Virus record (IMG/VR): IMGVR_UViG_3300032236_000548
Location: 32,001 to 96,000 of that record
Source: a virus
Reading direction: 5' to 3' (one strand)
Length of the DNA stretch: 64,000 bases
Shown: positions 30,101-38,202 of the stretch, piece by piece
Layout: every line of letters starts with the position of its first letter
How positions within the stretch are numbered: position 1 is the first letter of the stretch
Notes under the pieces: model-generated
Told to the model about the DNA's origin: nothing
The model's database searches: none
Seen by the model: the letters and a program-made list of their open reading frames with translations, nothing else
Position numbers and translations under genes: made by a program

Positions 30101-31569
30101 ACGACGGCTCAGTACCTGCTCCATCGGTTTTACTTGGCGATCAATATGAGCAGGCGGCATATAGTGTAGCAGTTAATAATACTACAGGTGATATTTTATT
30201 TGTGGGTAGAAAACAGAGTAATACTGACGCACACTATTATCTGGAGATGGTTAAACTCAACATTGCAAGCCCAAGTCCTGGTTGGCAAAAACAAGTTTCA
30301 GTAACTGGTGACAATTATAATGTTCAAGGTACCGACTGCTGTTTACTAGCAGATGGTAACTGGGCTATACTGGCCACACACGGTCACAGCAGTGGCGCTG
30401 GCATTATAACTATGAAGGTCAGTAATACCGATGGTAGTGTTATGTGGAGTAGAGAAGTTAGTCAAGGCTGTCAGGCAGTTAGCTCTAGTTTAACCACAGG
30501 CAGTGATGGAAATATTTACATTTCGGGAATAACTTTCAATGGACAAACTATTCCCCCATATGGCTTACCGTTAACCAGCAGAGTAGTAGCAGCCTATAAC
30601 ACCAGCGGCACTAGCCTGTGGCAAAAATGGTTTGGAGCACCGGGTAGCAATTCACTTGTTGATGGTAACTCCTTTAACAGCATAGGTTTCGCGGGTAAAC
30701 TTTTATCAATATCTAACGATCACCTACTTCTAGGATCATCTCTTCTTACATTCCCCGACGGTTCATATCCTTCAACATCAATAGGTGTTGTTGTACAAAT
30801 TCCAACAGGCAGTGACAATCAAGTAATTGGACCATTTGAACTTACCAACAGTAATTTATCGGGTACTAGTGTTGCAATGACTGTGGCAGATACTGAATTT
30901 ACCTTTAGTCAAGGTAGTCAAACGTTTGGTTCAGGATCAACAATATCTGGTACTAACAGTTCAGTATCTTGGACAAAATTTAACTCGGGCGTTAGACCAA
31001 ATCAGCTAGCCGCTAGCACCAAGACTCTAACACTACAGACAAATGGTTTGCTAGTTGATGAAAATATCAGAAGCATCACAGGTGAGTTTAACGGCCTTAC
31101 TGAAAACACTGGTAACTATAGCAACAGCCAAATTTCAATTAGAAATGCTTCGGGTTACAAACGTATCAACAACTTGGACAGCGCACCGCAGACTTGGTTT
31201 AATGTCAGCGATGTGGCCACTCAGTTAGGAGTCAATCAATACTGGATTACCAGTGTAAGTATGGAATTCCAAGTGACCAGCAGTGGACTTGGTAACAGCG
31301 GTGACGTCTGTACAATGGTAGGAACTATTTTAATGGCTCACGACTATAGTTGGGGCAGAAACAGTGTCACACACACTGAAACAGCTATCTATGGCAACGA
31401 CGATAACGCAGACGCTTATGTATTTGCTAACTTGGAACTATGGAATGCACCAAATGGTAATATGCAATTGAAAACCTACAGAACTGACGGCAACAGTGGA
31501 CAACAGCTAGACATTATGTGGACAGCTCGAGTCTTTATTAACCCAATGCTGGTAGAAAGATACTGCTAA
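27196..31569 (+). CDS. long tail fibre / receptor-binding protein
   Basis: N-terminal LNFP..P..GD.Y...G.TY.FDGVKW; repeated W.F..DG.L.FP units; beta-propeller-like G..LW/W.K repeats in the distal half. Confidence 0.75.
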   Translation: MAILNFPDHPQTGDQYTGDNGTTYIFDGVKWLGTAGAGTSGTNSIVNNGNTVQIDSTGKLVLPAYSLPNTTGTAGQVLVWPGSGTTLTWATQSGSGGGSGSSLTNGGYSVSLGVDGYLNLPNGLDTAGALLQSASPIRVNSNGHFWTFGADGKLSFPPTVASPVGTTTQAFGMGNLFAWEDGDNWTIATGNPSTGAFGETGISISPGIESNAYLNLPSDTDIGNGATTTLANFSGNVVIQSADGNWVFGKDNSTIFPNSTLTTDKLSIQGAPYTIQITDSGGVWPPAVNTYTRLPGLGDPKWVPANYNASSDSYITFSNGLWALSSPSFPHPVYVNTGTLYAPSATWNPDTQFGLGSGNPTGAYTYNTWLFDSNGDLTAPGDIVVGGGLNAGGQEQHFIIDSSNYWTSIQWKNFANPQDPGTTPFECQAQLLRVFANNNTVTSECNVQNPREELVAVTVVRPDNTNYNGLMISTSERKIPDAPYNDGTGARHDFLFGGDGYLTMESLHLQGHLKGVDGSTGSTGQVLTRQSNGGAAWANATGGSGSVVFRTVSYPAGADGDTQGTIAVDNTGKIYLCLTTWAASSTVTYSATNNTDYAISQSAGHLLMYQITPSTLPDIQALFGTFNNYQYNYPTPGDFTLEVPGITGPRTVTACGYLSGSGDIWFDIAYVSGDPTTVSIGDAVTIHYTPQQPAIWEKVGATGNIKFDGQNISTDVGSSIYIKSTSDSTDDTEVDIGTHYVDIYTYNDTSGSSAELYINNADHANPYAYIYTQAHNSASKQWTFNKDGNIVFPDNTVQTTAYVPGSTDPLIWAVQAVSNTKATFMQAVTHDSVGNAIALMWQGNWNGPGEGKATIVKLDDHGNPVWAIDLADGNSVNPWSLCCDANNDVYVITQRVNGSGYYNNAVVKLSTSNGGILWQTDIQDSQNSNNMQAVPMVYSSGELSFNGIVIAGTAYNGTDNDFFVTFINNDGSVPAPSVLLGDQYEQAAYSVAVNNTTGDILFVGRKQSNTDAHYYLEMVKLNIASPSPGWQKQVSVTGDNYNVQGTDCCLLADGNWAILATHGHSSGAGIITMKVSNTDGSVMWSREVSQGCQAVSSSLTTGSDGNIYISGITFNGQTIPPYGLPLTSRVVAAYNTSGTSLWQKWFGAPGSNSLVDGNSFNSIGFAGKLLSISNDHLLLGSSLLTFPDGSYPSTSIGVVVQIPTGSDNQVIGPFELTNSNLSGTSVAMTVADTEFTFSQGSQTFGSGSTISGTNSSVSWTKFNSGVRPNQLAASTKTLTLQTNGLLVDENIRSITGEFNGLTENTGNYSNSQISIRNASGYKRINNLDSAPQTWFNVSDVATQLGVNQYWITSVSMEFQVTSSGLGNSGDVCTMVGTILMAHDYSWGRNSVTHTETAIYGNDDNADAYVFANLELWNAPNGNMQLKTYRTDGNSGQQLDIMWTARVFINPMLVERYC

Positions 31570-31586
31570 TTAACTGGAAATAAAAA

Positions 31587-32147
31587 ATGACAAGAGCATA
31601 CTATAGAAGAATAACTGGATCTACAATGCAAGGTGACGGCGGCCAAGTTGCTGAAAAAGCTGGCACCTTGGTAGTCAATGCAGACGGTACACTACACCTA
31701 CACGATGGGAGTACATCCGGTGGATTGCCTCTAGTGGTAGACAGTGATTGGGTAAATCCCAACGATCATACTTGGAAGATACGTACCTACAACGATGGGG
31801 CCGCTGTGAGTTTTGATGGCACTACACCTGTGGTATGGTTTGATGTGGCTAATAGCCCATCGGGCCTAGATCAGTTCCGCGGTGCTATTATTGAGTATCA
31901 CGCTTTTACCAGTCAAGGAACAATAGTTGGAACTATTCACATAGCCGACGATTATCAACCAGGGGATGCTTTTACGCACACTGAACATATGAGTGGCAGT
32001 CCCAATCTACAAACAGTACATCTTTGGGGCCCAGATGTTAGCTTGACTCGCGGGCGCCTATGTTTCAAGCGCACAGATGGACAAGCTGCCACACTAATGA
32101 TACAGTGGACCGCTAAGATATTCTACGGCTACGAAGCTGACTGCTAA
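31587..32147 (+). CDS. tail-fibre-associated protein
   Basis: L.LHDG.T.GG module; C-terminus (KRTDG...QWTAKIF...C) resembles that of 27196..31569. Confidence 0.65.
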   Translation: MTRAYYRRITGSTMQGDGGQVAEKAGTLVVNADGTLHLHDGSTSGGLPLVVDSDWVNPNDHTWKIRTYNDGAAVSFDGTTPVVWFDVANSPSGLDQFRGAIIEYHAFTSQGTIVGTIHIADDYQPGDAFTHTEHMSGSPNLQTVHLWGPDVSLTRGRLCFKRTDGQAATLMIQWTAKIFYGYEADC

Positions 32148-32164
32148 GATTAAGGAAAAATTAA

Positions 32165-33532
32165 ATGGCACAATTCAAACGATTTAACTCAAGCGAGAAT
32201 CCTACTAGGTCAGATACTACCGCGGCCTATCCTAATGGTACGTTGACTTGGGATGATACTAACGGACTTAGACTACACGACGGTTCGACATTAGGTGGTA
32301 ACGCTATTGGTAGTGGTGGAGGTGGCGACCATATGACTGTTCGCAATAGTACACTACAGTTAGACGGTGCAGGTGTTGCTTGGACTGGTTCGTACGGCGC
32401 CGGTGACTATAACTACGGTGGATTTTACTCTGCAGATACTAACAACACATTATTCACATTTAGTTCAAACGGTACACCAAGTATGAGTGTACAGTTAGAC
32501 GGAGCATTGTTTGTAGGTAGTTCAGCTCCTCCTAACTCGGCTGGTGTAAACATTACAAACCCAGGATGGATTGTAGCAACAGGTGGTGCTAAGTTTGGTG
32601 GAGACATCAATACTGCTGGCGCTATGGGTATTACCGGCGGTATTACTTGGAGTACTAGCGGTTCACAAATCTTTGAAGACAGTAGTTTAGTTATGTACAG
32701 TCCTAGTGCTGACGTGGTGCTGACAGCAGGTGAAGCCGCTCTATCACTACTACCAAACGGTGTACTACAAGTTCCTCCTATTTTACAAGGCGGTGGCGGA
32801 GATCCTAACGTCTACATACAGGTTCAAGCTAACGGCGGATGGGAAACCTGGACATTTGATAACAACGGTGCGTTAACCATTCCTGGTTATCTTAATTTAC
32901 CCGGCAATGCTAACATTGTAGCATCCACTAACCTAAGTATATACAGCAATAGCAATAGCACAGTTGATATTGGTTCAGCTAATGCCAATGTAGTAGTGTA
33001 TGGTGGTAACGTTGAAATTTTAACTAACAACCAAAACGGACAAGCAAAAGCCTGGACTTGGTATCCAAACGGCAACCTTACTTTCCCAGACGGCGGATCT
33101 TTACGTGTAGCTAACCCTCCAACACACAGTACAGGTACTCCTGGCGACAAAGCAGGTATGATAGCCTTTGATAACACAGCTATATATTATTGTACTCAAG
33201 ATTATTTTTCAATTAGCTTAACAGTAAACAATATTAGAGGCCCATCTCAAGGTGCTACGTATAGTAATAATGGCGGCGGATTTGGTATTATGGTAGGATT
33301 TGATGGACCTATTTCTGGATTAGCCAGTGGTCAAACATTTACCTACAATGGTGTTCTACGCACAATACAAGACGTTACTAATACATCTGATCAGTATGCT
33401 AACATCATATTCACACCATATGTAGACACAAGTGACTTGGCCAGCTTCACAGCCGGAACACAGTTAAGTATTTCCGCAGGAAGTCCATCAAATATTTGGG
33501 TCAAGACTCCGTGGGCAATAACTAGCTGGTAA
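32165..33532 (+). CDS. tail fibre protein
   Basis: LRLHDGSTLGG module, WTF...G.L..P repeats and a C-terminal G..GD.AG.IAFD...YYC knob. Confidence 0.7.
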   Translation: MAQFKRFNSSENPTRSDTTAAYPNGTLTWDDTNGLRLHDGSTLGGNAIGSGGGGDHMTVRNSTLQLDGAGVAWTGSYGAGDYNYGGFYSADTNNTLFTFSSNGTPSMSVQLDGALFVGSSAPPNSAGVNITNPGWIVATGGAKFGGDINTAGAMGITGGITWSTSGSQIFEDSSLVMYSPSADVVLTAGEAALSLLPNGVLQVPPILQGGGGDPNVYIQVQANGGWETWTFDNNGALTIPGYLNLPGNANIVASTNLSIYSNSNSTVDIGSANANVVVYGGNVEILTNNQNGQAKAWTWYPNGNLTFPDGGSLRVANPPTHSTGTPGDKAGMIAFDNTAIYYCTQDYFSISLTVNNIRGPSQGATYSNNGGGFGIMVGFDGPISGLASGQTFTYNGVLRTIQDVTNTSDQYANIIFTPYVDTSDLASFTAGTQLSISAGSPSNIWVKTPWAITSW

Positions 33533-33541
33533 AAAAGAAAT

Positions 33542-35554
33542 ATGTCATTAACTATTCGTACTACAACTATCAAAGGCGCAATGACCTTACGCACTCAGCC
33601 AGATGTCTTATTCTGGATAGATGCTAACAACATAGATAGTTATAACTCTACTCCTCCCGGTGGTAGTATACACTTTGTAGGCGCATCAAATCAATACTTA
33701 ACTGTACCAGCAGACTCAAGAGTTACATTAGGTACAAGTGATTTTACTTTAGAGTTTTGGCTATACCAAACATCACGCGGTGCTTATCCTACAGCATTCT
33801 TATACGATAATGCGGCCTCTGGCACAAGTCCAACCAGCTTCTTTATGTCTGTTGGAGATAGCAGTAGTGTTTTATTATCTGATGGCGGCAATAGCTGGAG
33901 TTTAGGGTTAAGTTGGACAGCACCATCTCTAAACCATTGGCACCACTACGCTCTTGTACGACAGGGTACTACATTTACAATGTATGTAGATGGAAGTAGT
34001 GTTGCTACAGGTACAAGTAGTTATGATATACCAGCACAAAACGGATCTTTACAAATTGGCGGAGCAAATGATTCTAACGTGGTGCTCGATGGTTACTTGA
34101 CTAACTTTAGATTGATCCGAGGTTCGGCTATATACCAAAGCAACTTTACACCGCAGACTACACCTCTAGCTGGTGGATCTAATACAACCTTTTTGTTAAG
34201 AGCACACGATGCTGGTACACTCTTAACAGATTCAAGTGGTAAAGATTTTACCACAACAAATAATAACGGTGCTACATGGAGTAACAAATCTCCCTTTGGT
34301 TCTGGAAGTGTAACGTGGAACGACATTAGCGGTAATGGACATGTTGTAACTCTACACAATGGAGCCGCATACGATACTGACGGTATTAGTTTTGACTATA
34401 CACAACAACAGTACGGTGACTTTGCTCCAGCTAATATGTTCACAGGCGACTTTACTGCCATTACTTGGATCTATCTACGCAGTTATCAATCTTGGAGTCG
34501 TGTGTTTGACTTTGGCAACGGAGCCGGTGTAAACAATATTATATTAGCGGCTACTGGAAGTACTACTGGAGAACCAGTGTACGCTAACATTAACAGTAGC
34601 AACCTTCAGGCCAATGTCCAAGTTCCACTAAATCGATGGGTACAATTAGTAGCAGTACAAGAAGGTAATACTGGCTTAATTTATATGAACGGACAGCTAA
34701 TAGCTTCAGCGACTAACAACGGTGGAACTACTATAGCAAACCGTATCTATAATTATATCGGTCGTAGCAACTGGGAACAGGATGCTTACCTAGATGCTAA
34801 GATTGCGTCTATTAAGATTTATAATCGTTCTCTACGTTCTAGTGAAATATTAACAGACTATCATACCAACGGCCCTTCTACAATCGTTCAAAGCGGCCTA
34901 CTCTTAAACTTTGATGCCGCAACATACAGCGGCACAGGTGATTGGATTGACGCGGCCAACGGTGTACACGCTACTCCTTACAATACACCTGCTTGGAGTA
35001 GTGACAACGGTGGAATCTTTACCTTAGCATCTAATAACCTACAATATTTCTCAGTACCTTGGCCTACATTCCAACCTACATACACTATTGATATATGGTT
35101 TAACTATACTGGTGGTCAACCAGGTGGTGCGTGTTTAATCAGTGACGAATTTACCGGTGCTCCGTTTAATTTTACTATTGCAGCCGCCGGAAGCGGAATA
35201 AAAACAGGATGGTATACAACAAACTGGGACGGACAATGGGTTCCCAATAATACCTACACAGCATTTCCAAACGACGGATCAACTTGGTATAACATTGTTA
35301 TGTCTGTAGGTGCTACAGAATATAATGATTATCTCAACGGCACGTTGAGTTACGGTCCAGGCAGATATGGTATCGAAATCAATGGTGCTCCAAACGGTAG
35401 TAGTCCCACACAGAGATTCTTTATTGGACATCGTTGGGATTTACCTGAATCAGTCAATGCCAAAATTGGTGTAGTCAACATCTACAATCGTGCGCTGACT
35501 GCTGAAGAAGTTACTCAAAACTTCAACTACTATCGTTCACGCTACGGACTATGA
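33542..35554 (+). CDS. multi-LamG/concanavalin A-like lectin domain virion protein
   Basis: DFTLEFW...WHHYALVR.G...YVDG; WVQLVAV...YMNG...IKIYNR.L; VNIYNRALTAEEV.QNF. Confidence 0.85.
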   Translation: MSLTIRTTTIKGAMTLRTQPDVLFWIDANNIDSYNSTPPGGSIHFVGASNQYLTVPADSRVTLGTSDFTLEFWLYQTSRGAYPTAFLYDNAASGTSPTSFFMSVGDSSSVLLSDGGNSWSLGLSWTAPSLNHWHHYALVRQGTTFTMYVDGSSVATGTSSYDIPAQNGSLQIGGANDSNVVLDGYLTNFRLIRGSAIYQSNFTPQTTPLAGGSNTTFLLRAHDAGTLLTDSSGKDFTTTNNNGATWSNKSPFGSGSVTWNDISGNGHVVTLHNGAAYDTDGISFDYTQQQYGDFAPANMFTGDFTAITWIYLRSYQSWSRVFDFGNGAGVNNIILAATGSTTGEPVYANINSSNLQANVQVPLNRWVQLVAVQEGNTGLIYMNGQLIASATNNGGTTIANRIYNYIGRSNWEQDAYLDAKIASIKIYNRSLRSSEILTDYHTNGPSTIVQSGLLLNFDAATYSGTGDWIDAANGVHATPYNTPAWSSDNGGIFTLASNNLQYFSVPWPTFQPTYTIDIWFNYTGGQPGGACLISDEFTGAPFNFTIAAAGSGIKTGWYTTNWDGQWVPNNTYTAFPNDGSTWYNIVMSVGATEYNDYLNGTLSYGPGRYGIEINGAPNGSSPTQRFFIGHRWDLPESVNAKIGVVNIYNRALTAEEVTQNFNYYRSRYGL

Positions 35555-36180
35555 AAATACGTCCTGCTGATACTAGAGGTATGTTGATTACCAACTGGAT
35601 TGTTAGTCGCAGAACATTTAGCAACAACAGCTACTGGGACCCCAAGTATATGAATTGGGGTAATCTCAAAGTTATCAACGATGATATCCAACAGCCGGGT
35701 AATATGGTGCCTAATCATCCTCATCGCAACTACGATATATTAGGATATCTAGTAGAAGGCGAACTGGAGCATACTGACAGTTTAGGTAATGTCAGCAGAG
35801 CTCGTCCTGGGCAAGTACAGCACATGTGGTGTGGTAAGGAAATATGGCACACTGAAGCATCAGTAGGCCAAGTACCTGCACGTTATCTACAGCTATGGAT
35901 CACTCCCAAAGACGAGTATAGAGATACAGAACCTTACTACGAAATCATAGACAAATCACCAGAGTTTGGTCCTATAGCAGTAGACTTAAAACAGGATATG
36001 ACAGTCAGTGCTGGTATATTAACTGATACTATTACTGTTGGCTCTAGCTATTTGTATGTAGTTAAAGGTGCTTGTTTTGTAAATGGTGTAAAATTACGTG
36101 AAGGTGATGGTGCAGAGCTGGTTTCAGCTACTCTTAAACCTGTACGTGGCCCACATTTGTTATTGTTCGAAAACCGCTAA
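35551..36180 (+). CDS. pirin-like (YhhW-type) bicupin protein
   Basis: RRTFS...YWDP.YM.WG.L.VINDD, HPH, G.L.H.DSLGN, HTE and LQLWI. Confidence 0.88.
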   Translation: MKIRPADTRGMLITNWIVSRRTFSNNSYWDPKYMNWGNLKVINDDIQQPGNMVPNHPHRNYDILGYLVEGELEHTDSLGNVSRARPGQVQHMWCGKEIWHTEASVGQVPARYLQLWITPKDEYRDTEPYYEIIDKSPEFGPIAVDLKQDMTVSAGILTDTITVGSSYLYVVKGACFVNGVKLREGDGAELVSATLKPVRGPHLLLFENR

Positions 36181-36201
36181 ATATACTAAAGAGAACGTAA
36201 A

Positions 36202-36684
36202 ATGACCCAACAAACAATTTTCTTAGGAACTTACGCAAACGACGGTACAGGCGATGATATTCGCACGGCGTTTACTAAAGTTAACTCTAATTTTACTGAT
36301 TTATATCATTCACTTTCAACGCTGAATGGGCAAAATATTGGTTCAGGGCAAGGTGTATTTTCATCAGATGTTGCAGGAGTAATGAGTTTTAAGAGTATTA
36401 CTGGAAGCAACGGTATTGTTGTAACTAGTACAAGTAATACTGTAAACATTGCGGCTACTACACAACCTACACATTTAGTATCAGATACCTCGCCCAGTCT
36501 AGGCGGCAACTTAACATTAAACGGTAATAATATTATTGGCAATGGTGACGTACAAACTACAGTATGGGGTATCGACATTCGCACACTTAGCACACAAGTG
36601 AACACAGCATTAACTACAGGGTTTGGAGACTTAGGAACATTTAGTGTTCCTTTAGGAAACCCGTTTGATTTAGGAACCTTTTAA
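36202..36684 (+). CDS. short baseplate/fibre adaptor protein
   Basis: Third copy of the NDGTGDDIR.AF.KVN.NF N-terminus; DTSPSLGGNL.LNG motif; TAAATA at 36178. Confidence 0.75.
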   Translation: MTQQTIFLGTYANDGTGDDIRTAFTKVNSNFTDLYHSLSTLNGQNIGSGQGVFSSDVAGVMSFKSITGSNGIVVTSTSNTVNIAATTQPTHLVSDTSPSLGGNLTLNGNNIIGNGDVQTTVWGIDIRTLSTQVNTALTTGFGDLGTFSVPLGNPFDLGTF

Positions 36685-36700
36685 GGTAGGAGAAGAATAA

Positions 36701-38194
36701 ATGGCATTACAAATACGAAGAGGATTAGCGTCTAACAGAACGTCAATTACTCCTGCACAAGGCGAAGTACTTTATACAACTGACACAAAACTACTTTATG
36801 TGGGCGACGGTTCAACTGCTGGTGGAACACCAGTTGCTCCTGTTACTACAGTTAACGGTTTAACTGGTAACGTTGCACTAGTAACTGACAACATTGCCGA
36901 AGGCGGCAATCCATCAACTAGTAACAAATATTTTACAACAAACAGAGCAAAAGATACCATTGGAACAATGCTAACATCTGGAACTCTGAGCGGGTTAACT
37001 ATCACTTATGACGCTGGTGCTCATGCAATCACCATTACTAATACTAACGTAATCCAATCAGGTACTACAAATAGTTTAGCATACTGGGCAAGTAATGGCA
37101 CTACATTGACCCCAAGTGCAAACTTAACTTGGAACGAAGCTGGAAACGTTTTATCAAATATTAACGGCGCATTCCAAATTACTGCAAACAATGGTGGTCG
37201 TGCAATGTTGACTACTCAAACGTTTAATAATTCTGCAACTGGAAATAACTACCTTACATTCCAAAAAGCAAGAGGAACAAACATAACTCCTACTACACTA
37301 GTAGCTGGAGATGCTATTCATGCACTTAATTTCTTAGGATACGATGGAACTGGATATGTCAACGCAGTGTCTCTTGTAGGCGCATCTAATGCGGGTAATC
37401 CTATTAGTACAGGTATTGTACCTGGATATTTCTACATCAGTTCAATGGACGCAACTGGTGTTACCAGTATTCGATTCAGAATTAGTCCAACCGGTACTGC
37501 TACATTTGGTCCAGTTGCTACTACTGACACTGGAACAGGCGGTGTAGCTATTACACAAACTGTAACTGGATCTACTAGAACTACTTTACGTTTATCTAAC
37601 TATTTTTCAGATGTTGCCGCTAATAACTTGCAATTTAACAAGTATCGTGGAACTATTGCCTCACCAACAGTTGTTGTACAAAATGACGAACTATCGGCAA
37701 TCTATTCTAGAGGGTACGACGGTGCAGCCGCAGTAAACGCAAGTAGTATAAAAACTATTGTAGACGGTGCTGTCACTACTGGTAAAATTCCAGGAGCAAT
37801 CGTATTCAGCGTTGCAAACACCGCTGGAACATTAGTACAAACAACTAAGATTGGAAACGATGGAACTTTAACACATAACGGTTCTATGACTACTACTAGT
37901 ACTCCTGGAACTATATGGAACTACGATTCATCAAGCTCTACTATCAATTTAATTGTAGGCGGTACTGTAGCATTCCGTAATTTCTCAGGAAGCATTTTAG
38001 TCAACTGTTATAATTCAGGAACTGTAACACAATACCTATGCGGTGGCGGAAGTACACCGATTGCAGTTGGTTCTTCGAAGGTAACACCAACTGGCACTAT
38101 GGCCGCTACTAGCGGAATTAGTGGATATACATTTACTGCTACTGAATTGGGATTACATAGTTTCTATGTAATCAGAACACGAAGTGGAGCATAA
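36701..38194 (+). CDS. tail fibre with an Mtd-like N-terminal domain
   Basis: MALQIRRG...PAQGE..YTTDTK.LYVGDG.TAGG; two K.RGT...PT....D repeats. Confidence 0.75.
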   Translation: MALQIRRGLASNRTSITPAQGEVLYTTDTKLLYVGDGSTAGGTPVAPVTTVNGLTGNVALVTDNIAEGGNPSTSNKYFTTNRAKDTIGTMLTSGTLSGLTITYDAGAHAITITNTNVIQSGTTNSLAYWASNGTTLTPSANLTWNEAGNVLSNINGAFQITANNGGRAMLTTQTFNNSATGNNYLTFQKARGTNITPTTLVAGDAIHALNFLGYDGTGYVNAVSLVGASNAGNPISTGIVPGYFYISSMDATGVTSIRFRISPTGTATFGPVATTDTGTGGVAITQTVTGSTRTTLRLSNYFSDVAANNLQFNKYRGTIASPTVVVQNDELSAIYSRGYDGAAAVNASSIKTIVDGAVTTGKIPGAIVFSVANTAGTLVQTTKIGNDGTLTHNGSMTTTSTPGTIWNYDSSSSTINLIVGGTVAFRNFSGSILVNCYNSGTVTQYLCGGGSTPIAVGSSKVTPTGTMAATSGISGYTFTATELGLHSFYVIRTRSGA

Positions 38195-38202
38195 GTTTAA
38201 TC

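Noticed and set aside
36701-38194. Diversity-generating retroelement suggested by the Mtd-like N-terminus
   Set aside because: No reverse transcriptase and no TR/VR repeat pair were seen in the window, and the similarity is limited to the N-terminal module
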